A stretch of DNA of 64,000 bases from the human T2T-CHM13v2.0 reference genome, Homo sapiens. Each line of letters starts with the position of its first letter. Position 1 is the stretch's first letter. The stretch lies in NCBI RefSeq assembly GCF_009914755.1, contig NC_060932.1, one strand, 5' to 3'. The notes below the pieces were generated by a model. The model had not been told where the DNA came from and searched no databases. It saw only the letters and a program-made list of their open reading frames with translations. Both the position numbers and the translations under genes were made by a program. Positions 1 through 14,325 of the stretch are shown here, in pieces.

Positions 1-47
1 CAATTCAAGATGAGATTTGGGTGGGAACTCAGAGCCAAACCATATCA
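1..47 (-). mobile_element. THE1 (MaLR) LTR, partial (cut by window edge)
   Basis: Reverse complement reads TGATATGGTTTGGCTCTGAGTTCCCACCCAAATCTCATCTTGAATTG, the THE1 LTR start. Confidence 0.85.
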
Positions 48-1625
48 TTTCACCCTTGGCCCCTGCCAAATCTCATGTCCTGACATTTCAAAACCAATCA
101 TATCTTCCCAACAGTCCCTCAAAGTCTTAACTCTTTTCAACATTAGCACAAAAGTTCACAGTCCAAAGTCTTATCTGAGACAAGGCAAGACCCTTCCACT
201 TATGAGCCTGTAAAATCAAAAACAAGTTAGTTACTTCCTAGATACAATGGGGGTACAGGCATTGGGTAAATACAGGCATTGGGTAAATGGGAGAAATTGG
301 CCAAAACAAAGGGGCTACAGGCCCCATGCAAGTCCAGAATCTAGTGGGGCAGTCAAATCTTAAAGTTCCAAAATGATCTTCTTTGACTCCATGTGTCACA
401 TCCAGGTCACACTGATGCAAGAGGTGGGTTCCCATGGTCTGGGGCAGCCCTGCCCTTTGGCTTTGCAGGGTACGGCCTCCCTCCCAGCTGCTTTCATGGG
501 CTGGCATTGAGTGTCTGCAGCTTTTTCAGGTGCACGGTGCAAGCTGTCAGTGGATCTACCATTCTGGGGTTTGGAGGATGGGTAACCCTCTTCTCACAGT
601 TCCACTAGGCAGTGCTCCAGTAGAGACTCTGTGCAGAGGCTCCGACCCCACATCTCTCTTCCACACTGCCCCAGCAGAGGTTCTCCATTAGGACCCCGCC
701 CCTGCAGCAAACTTCTGCCTGGACATCCAGGCATTTCCATACATCCTCTGAAATCTAGGTGGAAGTTCCCAAACCCCAATTCTTGACTTCTGTGTACCTG
801 CAGCCTCAACATCACATGGAAGCTGCCAAGGCTTGGGGCTTGCACCCTCTGAAGCCACGGCTCAAGCTCTACATTGGACCCTTTCAGCCACAGCTGGAAT
901 AGCTGGGATTCAGGGCACCATGTCCCTAGGCTGCACACAGCAGGGAAACCCTGAGCTCAGCCCATTAAATCAATTTTTCCTCCTAGCGCTATGGCCCTGT
1001 GATAAGAGGGACTGTCCCGAAGGCCTCTGACATGCCCTGCAGACATTTTCCCCATTGTCTTGGGGATTAACATTGGCTCCTCATTACTTATGCAAATTTC
1101 TATAGCCAGCTTGAATTTCCCCTCAGAAAATGGGATTTTCTTTTCTATCGCATAGTCAGGCTGCAAATTTTCTGAATTTTTATGCTCTGCTTCCCTTATA
1201 AAACTTAATGCCTATAACAGCACCCAAGTCACCTCTTGAATGCTTTGCTGCTTAGAAATTTCTTCCACTGGATACCCTAAATCATCTCTCTCAACTTCAA
1301 AGTTCCACAAATCTCTAGGGCAGGGGCAAAATGCTGCCAGTCTCTTTGCTAAAACATAACAAGAGTCACCTTTGCTCTAGTTCCCAACAAGTTCCTCATC
1401 TCTATCTGAGACCACCTCAGCCTGGACTTTATTGTCCATATCACTATCAGCATTTTGGGCAAAGCCATTCAACAAGTCTCTAGGAAGTTCCAAACCTTCC
1501 CACATTTTCCTGTCTTCTGAGCCCTCCAAATTGTTCCAACCTCTGCCTGTTACCCAGTTCCAAAGTCACTTCCACATTTTCGGGTATCTTTTCAGCCGCA
1601 CTCCACTCTGCTGGTACCAATCTAC
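48..1625 (-). mobile_element. THE1-int (MaLR internal region)
   Basis: Typical THE1/MST-int sequence (aaaatcaaaaacaagttagttacttcctagatacaatggggg; ctggtaccaat next to the LTR) between two THE1 LTRs; the short ORFs here are decayed MaLR internal sequence. Confidence 0.9.
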
Positions 1626-1959
1626 TTATTTGTCCATTTTTATGCTGCTGATAAAGACATACCTGACACTAGTAAGAAAAATAGGTTTAATAAACTCGCA
1701 GTTCCATGTGGCTGGGGAGGCCTCACAATCATGATGGAAAGCAAAAGGCAGAAAGAAAGAATGAGAGAGAAGTGAAAGCAGAAACCCCTTATAAAACCAT
1801 CAGATCTCATGAGACTTATTAACTACCATGAGAGCAGTATGGGGGAAATTGTCCCCATGATTCAATTATCACCCTCCAAGTCCCTCCCACAACATGTGGG
1901 CATTATGGGAGTACAATTCAAGATGAGATTTGGTGGGGACACAAAGCCAAACCATATTA
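1626..1959 (-). mobile_element. THE1 LTR (THE1B-like), 5' LTR of the element
   Basis: gctgctgataaagacatacc ... gagatttggtggggacacaaagccaaaccatatta matches the THE1 LTR reverse strand. Confidence 0.88.
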
Positions 1960-2074
1960 CAGGGAGTCTGCTTCAAAGTAAAGCCAATACTACTCCTTAA
2001 GGCAATGCCATTATGGCTTCCTGTTCCTTGAACTGGTAGTGAGAGGAAAGGTAGTATAAAATTATCCTCCTAGA

Positions 2075-2249
2075 CTAGTGGTCCTTAACCCTGAGTGCGT
2101 GTAAGATTTAAGTATTCTCAAATTATAAGTGGAAGCTTTGATAAAATAAGAAGTGCCTGGGGCTACTGGCTCTGAGTAGGACCAAGGCATCAGGAGTTGT
2201 TAATACATCCCCATCTGATTCTAATGTGCAACCAGGTTGAGACCCACTG
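2075..2249. mobile_element. MER5-like hAT-Charlie DNA transposon fossil
   Basis: Ends tagtggtccttaacc ... gattctaatgtgcaaccaggttgagacccactg resemble MER5 termini and form an imperfect terminal inverted repeat. Confidence 0.6.
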
Positions 2250-2919
2250 TCACAGAGACACTTTAAAAATATTCGACTTCTGATTTCCAGATTAATTTTG
2301 CATCATCAAAACAGACCTTGATTGCACCAGCTACAGATTATATACCAATAGGAAACCTTAATTCAGAGAGAAAAAAACTGAAGTCTAGTTCATAGTGAGA
2401 AGTGATTACCCTCTTGCTAGGTGGGATAAACAGCAATGTGAAATTTAGCTGTGATGTTAGCAGATCCTGAGCCTAGTGCAATCCATTCTGAAGTAGTGGT
2501 ATAAGGGCTGCTGCATAACAGCGGCTGTATCAGCTGTCACCATGGACTACAGTGCCCATGGTACTGGCATTTCAAGCAATGGGGCTGAGTGTACTAGCTT
2601 TGTCTTCCCAATGATATTATTTAAACTGGTACTTTCTTAAGGGAGGTGACATCCAGTGACCTCATTATTATGAGGTAAAAGACACAAATTGTTTCCTGAG
2701 GCCCCATATAGAACCCTTAAGTTTATTATTAGCCAGACCTAATCATCTGTGGGTCTCTAGATAGACTGGATCAATCAGAGGACACTTTGGGCCATAGTTG
2801 TGTCTTGGACAAATATCAGTTCATTTTATTAAAGCTTGTGTTCTCATTGACTACAACTGTAATTTCAGAGATGTTTATTTTGACCTAGTGTTTTACAATC
2901 AGAACAGTGGTTTGAAAAT

Positions 2920-3135
2920 CATTAAGCTGGATTCTTATCCCAGATCTATCACCCACCAGTTGTGTGATGGCAGGGAAATTAAAACACTTTAACTATCATT
3001 GTTATCCAACTTTTAAGATAAAGTTTTGAGATGTTAGGTGAATTCTCCAAGGTCATCCAGCTCTTAATTGGCAGAACCAGGATTGAAACCCCTGTCTGTC
3101 TGGCTCCCAAACCAGTGCTTCTGACTATTATATGC
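2920..3135. mobile_element. MIR fragments
   Basis: MIR core: ccaaggtcatccagct...ggcagaaccaggattgaaaccc...tgtctggctcccaaa. Confidence 0.6.
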
Positions 3136-4139
3136 TCAATATGGCCTTCCTGCAGTCTAGCTAAAAAAATTATGTGTTGTTTCTAAGCATTCTTCAGCTT
3201 ACAGTACCAACAATACTATTTTAAATTCCACTGTGAGATCACTCATTCAACCCGAAACACAATTTGCTAAGTAATTAATGCTATATAAATACTTAACAGA
3301 AGTGTTTAGGTATTTCACATTTATCTCCACCAATGTTTGCCAAATGTCTGATCTAAGCAAAAGATTAGATAGAAATAAAAAATGGATAGCTGGTCCCCAT
3401 ACCTCAAGGAACATTCACCTGTAGGGGAAATAATTGTAGGAAATCATGTATTTGTATACTTATATTGTAAAGCGTGCCATAGAAGATGTAATGTTTTGTA
3501 AAGCACAGAAACTTTTTTGAGTGAATAGAATCATTCTTTAGCCAATTTCATAATTTTGCATTTTCCTATATCAGGTTGCTATAGTCAATAATTCTAACAA
3601 GATTTTATTGAATAAACATAACTCACGTAATAATACTTGAATCATGCATTTTATTATGCACTCCCGTTTGCCATTCAACTCATACATTTGGGGATTTTTT
3701 TCTTGCAGAAGGGCGTTGGCAGGGCAATTTCCCTGCATCAGCAACTCTGGTGTCAGCCTCTTTGACAGGAGTTGGAAGGAACCCAAATTCCTACCAATGG
3801 ACTCACTGCTTTGAGTTAAGGCTTTGATAAAATATCAGTGTGATATATCAAATGGCATAAATTAAGTAGCCCATCAATGCCTTTTGAGCACATGCTTAAA
3901 GGACATTTTATCCAGAAGAATTCAGGATCTCTAAGGGAATTAAACCAAAACAAGATGGAGACATCTCTATAAAGTGTGCCAAAATTCGCTGAAGTCCAAA
4001 GCTGTGAGATGACTAAAGAGATCAGGATCATGGAGCTGAAATTCATGTTGGCTATGGGATGCAAGTCACATTTGGTGATAGATGCTCCCAAAGAGGATAT
4101 AAGAGGGGATGGGACACACAAGACACACTTCCTATCTTA

Positions 4140-4660
4140 CTGTGGATTCTCCTGAAAGCAGAGTCAGAGATAACATCTTCAGTACAAGCAGTTCACTTAA
4201 ATTTGATCCCAAGAAACGGTAGTGAGGTAGTGGGGACAATGATACTGGGAATGGCAAAAAACCAATAAAAGGTAGCTAATGAACCACTTACTGCTCAAGG
4301 CAACTAGAAAGCAATGTTTCTAGGGATTCTCTGAAGAAGTGTGGATGAAGTGCCTCAAAATTGTCCCACCCAGGAACAGGAAGACTGGGGTATTTCCCCA
4401 CCTACTCCCATGACCCTATTGTTTGAGGATTGTCCCCAAAGTGTTAACTTCATTTCTAGATTTCACTAGCAACTGGGCTTTGGCGGAGGGGCCAAGGCTG
4501 CAAAGCAAGGATGAAAAAAGTCCCAAGGATGCAAAGTGAGATGCAAGTGGTTACTCTTGGTGAGGACCTGTATGTGAAACTATTTGCCACCTTTTGCTGA
4601 AACAAGGCGGCCCGAGGAGATGAGGGACAGTGCTGCCTGGGAGCATGCCATATGCATCCA
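4140..4660 (-). mobile_element. Old ERVL-class solo LTR (LTR33/LTR16-like)
   Basis: ggattctcctgaaagcagag...gatcccaagaaac...aaaaaaccaataaaagg resembles the LTR33-family reverse strand. Confidence 0.5.
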
Positions 4661-7224
4661 CTGGAAAGTTTCGTCAGGACTAGGCCTCACTTTTGTCATC
4701 TCCATTTTTAAATCATACTAATAACCAGAAATATCATTATTTTAGTAGAGTCAATGAAAAATGGATTAATATCCTGTCTGTTCTCTCTTCCCTGGCTCTG
4801 AAAATTAAATGGAACATTCTATTTCAAAAAAGCCACTCATTAAAAAGCAGACTGGTAAAGACTGTTCCAACAGAAGGCAATTTCCTTTCAAAGAGTGTAG
4901 ATAGAGACTGTTTCTTTCACACCTTCTATTCTTTTACCCTGAAGATATCAATAATTAAGACCATCTTCTTCCTGCCCAAAGCTACTGAAGATTCAATTCA
5001 TCAACAGTTTCCACTTGTGGAAAGTATACACCATGCCAACATGGGCCTCCTCATCCCAATTGAGATGAAAGTTTACAGTCCCACTTTCGAGCCCACCTTA
5101 GTTACCATGCTAAAGGGGCATCTGAAAACCCATCTCTGGCTCAGAGCAGAACATGGTGGTCAGCACTTACTGATACATGAAGGTAAAATCCAGCTTGTTG
5201 CTACTTGTCTTCAGTAGCTCATTTTCCATGGACTATATACATAGTTATATCAATTTAAATATATAACATGTTTTATTAATATATTAAATATGCATTAATA
5301 ACATATTTAAACATAAATAATTTTATTTACATTTATTGTAAACATGTATATGTTTCACTGGGAAAAACTATGTATATGCATATTATTTCTGTTTGGAGAT
5401 GGTTTCAAAGGGTACAATCAGGAATGAAGGCCTTAGGAAAGGTAAAATTACCTTGCACAAAAAGAGTGCAGTTAAAATTGTATCAATATTCCTGTTATAA
5501 ACTCATAAATCCTGAGCTCAGGGAGGTCAAGTTTTACACGCCTGAGCTGACATGCCAATCTGCCAGCAGTCATATGGTTCTCATATGGCGACACTCCACA
5601 GATGCCAGCAAAATGTGAGACATTTCTGGCTCATTTCCTTTCATTTTCTTGAGTGCCATGTTGCCTATACATGCACGTTTACACGCGTGTGCACGCACAC
5701 ACATGTACAAACACATGCACACAACCAGATCTTTGTCATGCTATAATAGCACTGCTATAATCCACTCAATCCCAGCAGTTCTATTAAAATTACCTTATTC
5801 CTGCCTCCCTAGAGATTAAAAATAATTCATCAATTAGCATTTAACATTGAGGCTATTATTTTCAAGATTTCAAACTGAATACAAGTATTCCTGTGAGTCT
5901 ACATAGATTCTTTTGAGTAAAATAAAAATACATACATATATATATATATAAATACATATTTTTTAATGTTTTGGACTAGAGCTCATTTTTCACTCATTAT
6001 TTTAAAAAATATTTTGTTTCCTTAAAATAGATTTTGTGGCACATATTTCTATGTATGATTGAAAGTATGCAGCTGCAAAAAAATCAAACAATTCTGTTCT
6101 TCCCATTTCAAAACTGATGTGTGCCATTGTGTTGACAGAATCCATTGCTCCAGTTATTGTGTACCCTTATTACATAATTTCACATAATAAAATGTTAATT
6201 CTTTAAATATTTTTTAATGGATTAAATGTGTGTTTCCTCATTAGGTCTATTGCATCATTGAATCTACACCATGTGTGTTTTCACAGTGCACTCTTAAATC
6301 AACTCAATTGTACAGAAATTCTTTGCTACTACTTTGCAAGTGGTACTGAGAAAATTAATGGTAAATGAAATCAAAGTGACACATTCACATAGTTATGACA
6401 AATACAACTATACACACAAATGAACCACGCTTCCAGCCAAACGTTATCCTCAACCCCCAGCTTTGAGCAAGAGAGACATGTCTGTTTCAACTCTGTATTT
6501 CCTTTATTCAGACCTTAATGGCACATAAATATTTGTAATTTAATGCATAAAGTATTTACAAATATAAATACAATATGGTCTACCTTTATCTTCTAGACCC
6601 TTATATGGAGTGAGCTCCTTAGGCATACTATATACAAAATGGATGGCAGATGGCAATTGGATAAAACTAATATACTGTCTGGCTCACAAATGAAGAAAAG
6701 TATCTAATGAGTACCATCTTCCCTCCCCTCCCTAAGGATGTTGCCACTACAGAAGATATGATTTCAATAAATATAATGAATTATTTTCATTATAAGCACA
6801 CCACTGCCAATTTTTTTTCACAAAGCAATGTTTACACAAATATATCCCAAAAGCAAAAAGAAATACGTTCGAGTTTAAATTGAATTCATTCTGCAGCCTA
6901 TAATCACAACAATCTTTTTAGTAACTTTCCTTCAATGTTCAAATAAACAAACATCCACAAATTAGATCAAAACATCTAGTCTTTTGAGAGACAAAAAAGA
7001 ATAACTTTTAAAAGTTTTTTGGTCTGGTAAGAATATTCACAGAACATCAAGCTTTCTCCAATTTCTGAATAACCCAGATTAAAATATAGCAAAAACAAAA
7101 CCATTATCATAGAGTGTGAAAATTCTTATATCTTAGAAGAGTTGAAATATGTTCCAATTTTCTTATACCTCTAAACAAGAGCACAAATAAGAATATACTA
7201 TCTATACATCATTTTTACACTGAT

Positions 7225-7330
7225 TTTAGCAAACGAACATTGAATAACTACTAGATGCCAAGCAATTGTTAGGTGTTGAAATACAAAAACGAATAAGACA
7301 CAAAGATCCTGTTCTTAAGGACTTCACACT
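7225..7330 (-). mobile_element. L2 3' end fragment
   Basis: aacattgaataactactagatgccaagcaattgttaggtgttgaaatacaaa...agacacaaagatcctgttcttaaggacttcaca. Confidence 0.55.
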
Positions 7331-8089
7331 TACCCACTCACTTTTGAAATTGTTATGAAAAATGCCTGGATGATAAATAAAGTGCATGAGAGTCACAAAA
7401 CCAAGTGGAGAATTCCATGCCGCACACCAGTTCCTAATCTCTTTTAGTAGAAGAAACCATGCCACGCCCAAGTAATTTAGAACATCCTGGGTATCCTTTT
7501 ACTCACATACTTTCATTTGCTGGTTATTGTAACTTAAATTTTATAAATTCATTTTTAAATAATTCAAACTCTTTGGAATTTTATATAAAGTCTAGACTGA
7601 GATTAAACTTTTAGCATACCCTACCTTCATGGATAGAGTATTACAAATTCAATAAACACAATTGTAATGGTATTATTAACAAGTCTGGAGGACAAATTGA
7701 TTATTAGCACATGTGAGAAGCATATTACTTTGAGGGAATTGATAAATTCATTCTCAAACAAACATTCTTATCATTCAACAAAACAGGTCTCTTAAGGAAA
7801 TTTAGTATCTGGGAAATCATTAGCCTGAATCTTAATGCTAAACAAGGTTATTTCCTGAAAAAAAAAAATCCATTGTTCTCTGCTCATTTATTGGGATTTT
7901 TAGTGCTTTGATTTATCTAAATAAATGAAGATTTATTATAACTGAAGATTAAGATCTTTCTTTTATGCATATTAAATGGTCAATTAAATAGAACTGTCTC
8001 AGTATTTCTAAAGGTAGATCCTAGGGCGGGCAGGGGCAGGGAAAGGCATTTGGTATCACGTAGGATGCTACATAAGGGGTTTTGACCCC

Positions 8090-8290
8090 CAATTGCAGCA
8101 CTTATGATTAATGTCACTTGGAGCAAGTTATTTAATTTTCCTGAACTTTGATGTTTCTCACCCATAAAATAAAAATGATAATCCTTATCAAAGAAATTTG
8201 TTTTGAGGATTAAATGAGAGTATGTATGACAGCTCCTAGTATGGAGCCTGACAAACAGTAGGCCCATGCTTAACATAAGAAACTGCTATT
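8090..8290 (+). mobile_element. MIR
   Basis: gagcaagttatttaattttcctgaa...tttctca...taaaatgataat...ttgttttgaggattaaatgag. Confidence 0.65.
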
Positions 8291-8753
8291 AAAATTTATT
8301 CTGTTTTAGGTCATATAACTATCATTCGTTTTGGCCACAAAACATGTGTTATTGTAGAAATCTTGGAAAAGCAAAAAGCATATAATGAAAAAAAAGAGAA
8401 TCACATTTATAGCCAACCTTTATGTATAATTATTTTAAAATTTTTTATCATATTTATCATGTATTGCTGTAATTTTTAGAACCATCAGAAAAAGAGTATT
8501 GACTATCTTGTATTTAACAGAAAAATTATATCTCCTCTAGTTCGAACAGTAATAGATAATTATGTTTAACAATTTTGTAAATATACTTTTAGATTGTTTT
8601 CTGGGCAGATAGAGTTTTTGTAAAATTATTTATTGTATGCACCTGCTTTTTAAAAAGCAAATATATGTAATTCAATTTCTTATTAAATAAATCATCTAAA
8701 AGTATGATCGTCAATGACTACACAGTATTCTATCTCATTAAAACACCAAACTA

Positions 8754-9081
<328 letters not shown>

Positions 9082-9988
9082 TTAAAATTGTTTGTGATTT
9101 TTTTCTTATAAAAATAAGTTATTTATATCTAAGTATAGAAATTACATAGCTTTAAATGTTTAATTTATCTTAAAACTGTGTAAGAGTGCTCTCATTTGAT
9201 TGTTTAGTTTTGGTAAATTTCTGAATGCAAAATTACTTAGTCAATGACAAAGATAATTTTTAAGTTTTTGTGTATATGTTGCCCAGCTACACCCAACAAA
9301 TTCTAACAATCTTCATGCTTAATTATATCACCATACCTTACCACAAACAAAATGCTATCTTTTATAAATCACCAATATGACAAAATAAAATAGTACAGAG
9401 TTAATAATTTGCATGTTCGTAATTGTTATATTAGACATATTTTAGTGCTCATATGAGTTACATCTTTCTGTATGTGTTTGCTAGGGATCTTTGTTCATTT
9501 TTCTATTGAAATACTCATTTTTATATTAAAATTTGTAAAAACTCTTTACATACTAACCTCTTATTTAGCAAACAGCAAACATTTCCTCATTTTGGTCTAT
9601 CTGTTCTTGAACCACATCACAGTGTTAAAGCAATTGTATCTTTACACTATTGTAAAATTTCAACTAGTAGAATAACTCTCATTTCTCTTTTTCAAAATTT
9701 GTTGATTTCTAGTAATAGAAAAAAATTGCAAAATGTTGAAGTCACATTGAATGAAAAATGGTTTATGAATAATTAATATCTTTATAATATTAAGTGTTCT
9801 ATTCTAAGTGTATTTTTGTTTCATTTTCTTTATGTACCTTAATTATTGTTTTCAAGTTTTTTTCAGAGAAGACTGGAATATATATTGTTAATTTTTTGCT
9901 AGATATTTTATATTTTTAGTTGCTAATGGGAATGGGGTCTTTATTCCTTCATACTACTGTGATTTATACACTGCAATTAGCTGATGTG

Positions 9989-10025
<37 letters not shown>

Positions 10026-10033
10026 TATGTGTA
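9989..10033. repeat. (TG)n microsatellite
   Basis: Direct reading of the TG run. Confidence 0.95.
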
Positions 10034-10744
10034 TATCTTCTAACCAATTATTATTGAATTTATTGGATGAATTATATGAAATTTTAAGTGCTATAAGATA
10101 GTTCAGTAATTCTCTTTGATTAAGCAAGTCATATGTATCATCTATAATTGAAGTAATATATGCTTCTAGATTATTTTATTATTTTTTTGAATTTATTAGA
10201 ACATCCAAAACAATGTTATATGATATTGGTGACAGTGGGCATCATTGTTTTCCCCAGTTTTAATAGTAATAGCTCTAATGTTTTAATGCTGAGTATAGTT
10301 TTGCTGTTGAAATAAGATAGATATTTTAAAGAAGTTAAGAAATGTCTTTCTACTTCTACTTCACAGAGGAATATTTAATACAAATAGCAATGGCTTTTAT
10401 CAAGTGAATTTTTGTCATCACCACAATGGTGACATGCTTTTTCTCCTTTGACCTGTTGATGTTAATTATCCTAATATCCCTAATATTAGAAAGTTTTTAC
10501 ATCTTTAAAATAAGTCTTACTTAGTCATGTGATCATGGTTAGTTTTCTTCTTAATTTATTTTTTTGAATTTGCTTGCTGGTATAATTTTTCTGGTTCACT
10601 GATTTCTGCTTACGTATTTATTAATTTCTCTTCACTTTCGTATGACTGTATACAAATAGATATGTGGAATGTACTTTATTTATTTCAATGATAAATTCAT
10701 TTTTCATTCTTTCCTTTGTATTAACACCATGGAATTACCTCTAA

Positions 10745-11167
<423 letters not shown>

Positions 11168-11886
11168 TGAGACTGTTTTACAATTGCTGTATGTTTGGAA
11201 TTTTACTATTCAGTTCTGGTTTTATTGCTGTTATTAAAAATATGTATGTATCTTTTAGTATTGCTTAAATTTCCTCTGGTTTAATATATAATCAACTTTT
11301 GCAAACTATGAAACTAAAAAAAGTATATTCTCATTTTGCATGTTTCAAAATTACACCATTTATATAAAACAATCATGACTATATTTTTGTTTCTCCATCT
11401 TTTTATTAATAACCAAATAATTATTGAAGTACATCAAAATTGCTCACAATTTTCAGTTAATTACATTTATCACTATTTTTAATATAGTGGTGATAGTTTG
11501 CAACACAAAAAGTTTTGAAACTTTTATCTTGTTTATGGGTTATACTTTTGCCAATATAAAAGAAAAAGACTCTTAGTATATAAACACTTTGAGCACTGGA
11601 GAATTTTGAATACATTTATTTGATTAAATTTGTCCATGCTTTTAACATTAGCCTGTTGGAATCACTGTATTTCAGATGCATCTTTTACATACTGCACATG
11701 AATGGGTTTTCTCTTTCTCATACACTATGAACACAGCTGGTCTCTACAAAAATAATTTTACCTATTTATATTCACAAGCATCATTTCACTTCAATATTTT
11801 ATGATTACTTGGTACTTGAGTCTTATATTCTATTTCACCTATTTTCTATTATTTTTTATATAAAATATAGGTATATTTTTTAGTGG

Positions 11887-12249
11887 AAGCATGCCTCGAA
11901 GATATTGTGGGTTCACTTCTAGACTGCTACAATGAAATGATTATCACAATAAAGCGAATCACACAAATTTTTTGGTTTCCCAGTGCACATAAAATTATGT
12001 TTACATGACACTGTAGTCTATTAAGTGTGCAATGGCATTATATCTAAAAAATATCATACCTATTAATTTAAAAATATTTTATTGCTTAAAAAATGCTGAC
12101 ACAGAGACATGGCATGAGCACATGCCACTCAAAAAATGACGCTGATATACTTGCTCAAAGCAGAGTTGCCACAAACCTTCACTTTGTGAAAAACACAGTA
12201 TCAGCAAAGTGTAAAAAAAAGTGGAGTGTATTAAAACAAGGTCAGCCTG
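11887..12249 (-). mobile_element. Internally deleted Tigger1 (TcMar) retaining both ends
   Basis: Left end matches caggcatacctcggagatattgcgggttc...; right end matches the opposite Tigger1 terminus (...aaaacgaggtatgcctg); only about 360 bp long. Confidence 0.8.
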
Positions 12250-13347
12250 TTATTAAGAAAAGCACAGGCTGCTTTAAATGATAATAGTAACACACCATTA
12301 CTTTAAAGTATTTGAACATATATTGCTCTAATTTTCAGTATTGACAGTAAAATATTGACTACCCCATATATAATAGAAAAGTCACCTGTTATACTTTTCC
12401 TTTTTTCCATCTCTCCTCTTCGTGCTTCTTGATAAGTTTTGTATGCTGAAATTTAAGACTCAGCTATTATTGCCAAATTATTCTTTACATTATGTATCTT
12501 CTCTTCAACATCCATTTATGTATCTTGATTTAGTGCTATAGTCTACTTTCTGAACATATTTGTGATATTTTTGGGCTAATTAATATTTAAATGTTTCCAA
12601 TGCTATAAACCGTGTCTTTCCTACCACGGTTTCTCCAAATGTAATTCATGTCTTGGTTGCAGGAGCGTATCTTAATACAGGTGGCATAATTTTTGAGCCT
12701 CTGAATATCTAAAGATGTCCACAGGCACAATTATACAACAATGTTTTAAATATATAATTCTTGGGTAACAAATATTTTACCTAAAATGTAGAGATATTGC
12801 TCTTTACATGTCATCTTCTAGGTTTTCCTACTGTATAATCGAAGAGAATTTCTATGGTCAGAGTGATTTTTGGGGGTAGGTATCATGTATTTTGTCTAAT
12901 TTTTATGTTTATAATTATACTTATTTGTTTTTAAAAGTCTAGGCAGCATGCTTGGACATGTGTAGGTACTGAGATTTTGCATAGTATGTAGTTAGCCCTA
13001 TCAGCCTGCAAGACTAGGACATTTTTTATCTCAGTTTTTCCTCCATTATATATAGTTAATAGTTTGTTGGATTCTAATTATTTGTTCTTCGTATTAAGTA
13101 TCTTCTTGTCTTCATTTTCATTTTTTAAAATTTATTCTAGAAGGCTTACTCAAGCTGAATTTTATCATTGATAAAATATTAGGAAGAATTAAACTCTTCA
13201 CTTCATTATTTCCACTATGGTCTTATTTCTGCTCTTTTCAGTTTCAATACAGTCCTTCCTTGTGGTCATCCTTTCAATGCAGTCATTCAGCTCCATTTTT
13301 ATTTCTGTTTGTTTTGGTTTGCCTTGTCATATCAGTTGCTGTCCTAC

Positions 13348-14325
13348 TGATAGGGACAGGAGGCAGAGAAATCCTAGGCAGAAAAGGGAGGGTCCCCAAC
13401 AAAACCCCACCCTCAAGCCTGAAACTGCAGCCCAAAGTGAGAACTTACATCCCTGTTTTCCCATTAAAATGCTGCCTTTCCCAAAACCACCATGGCCCGG
13501 CCCTGCCCCGCCCCATCCTGTGCCTATAAAAACCACAGGCTCAGCCAGCAGAGAGGGGAGAAGTAGCTGGGCGTCGGAGACTACAGATGGAAGTCAGAGA
13601 GAAGTGGCCTGACTTCAGAGGGACAGCTTGACAGCATAACTTTGGAGAATAGTCTGGCCATCTCTGGCCGGACTTCAGGGGAAGATTACCTTTCTGTCCT
13701 GTCTCCTTTTCAGCTCTCCTTCCCACTGAGAGCTACCTCCATCAGCAATAAAATCCCCTACATTTACCATCCTTCAATTTGCATTTGTGTGACCTAATTT
13801 CTCCTGGACATCAGACAAGAACTCAGGAACCACAGGTGCAGATGTAAAAAGCTGTCACAGTGACCCTTTGACCTCTCTGGCGGAAGGCAGCCACCTCACG
13901 CAAAAAGGCAGAGGGACAACTGAGCTGTTAACACTTAAGCTGTCTGCAGGTGGCAGGGCTAAAAGAGCACTGTAACACTCCCTCTGGGGCTTCAGGGTCG
14001 CAGGCATGCACTCTAGGTCCTGCCATGGGGCCTGCATGGAGTTTGCTCCTGCCAGCACCCTCCAGCTCCAGACAATCACCCTGGCTCCTGCACCTGCTCA
14101 CCTGCCTGCTGCCTCCCATGAGGGGTGGAGCACAGCGGGTCCAAATGAGTGGAGTTCACCCTGCTGGTGCCAAAGCAACTGGCTAGTTCCAGCACCTGTG
14201 CACTCCAGTTCCTGCCTCGATCACTCACATGCTCCCTCCTGTGAAGACTTGAAAGCTGCAAACTGAATAAACGAGGTATCCCTTTTACAAGTCCCACGAA
14301 GGGGTTAGGGAATTATCCTGCTTCA
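13348..14325 (+). mobile_element. ERV1 solo LTR (LTR1/LTR27/LTR28-like group)
   Basis: TG...CA termini, exact 4-bp TSD CTAC (13344-13347 and 14326-14329), TATA-like ctataaaa near 13525, AATAAA at 13747. Confidence 0.85.

Noticed and set aside
238-1734. Cluster of overlapping ORFs
   Set aside because: All lie within THE1-int/LTR; decayed MaLR sequence
4693-5217. 174-aa ORF in mostly unique sequence
   Set aside because: Starts at TTG, has no recognisable domain or splice context, and its composition is typical of translated AT-rich non-coding DNA
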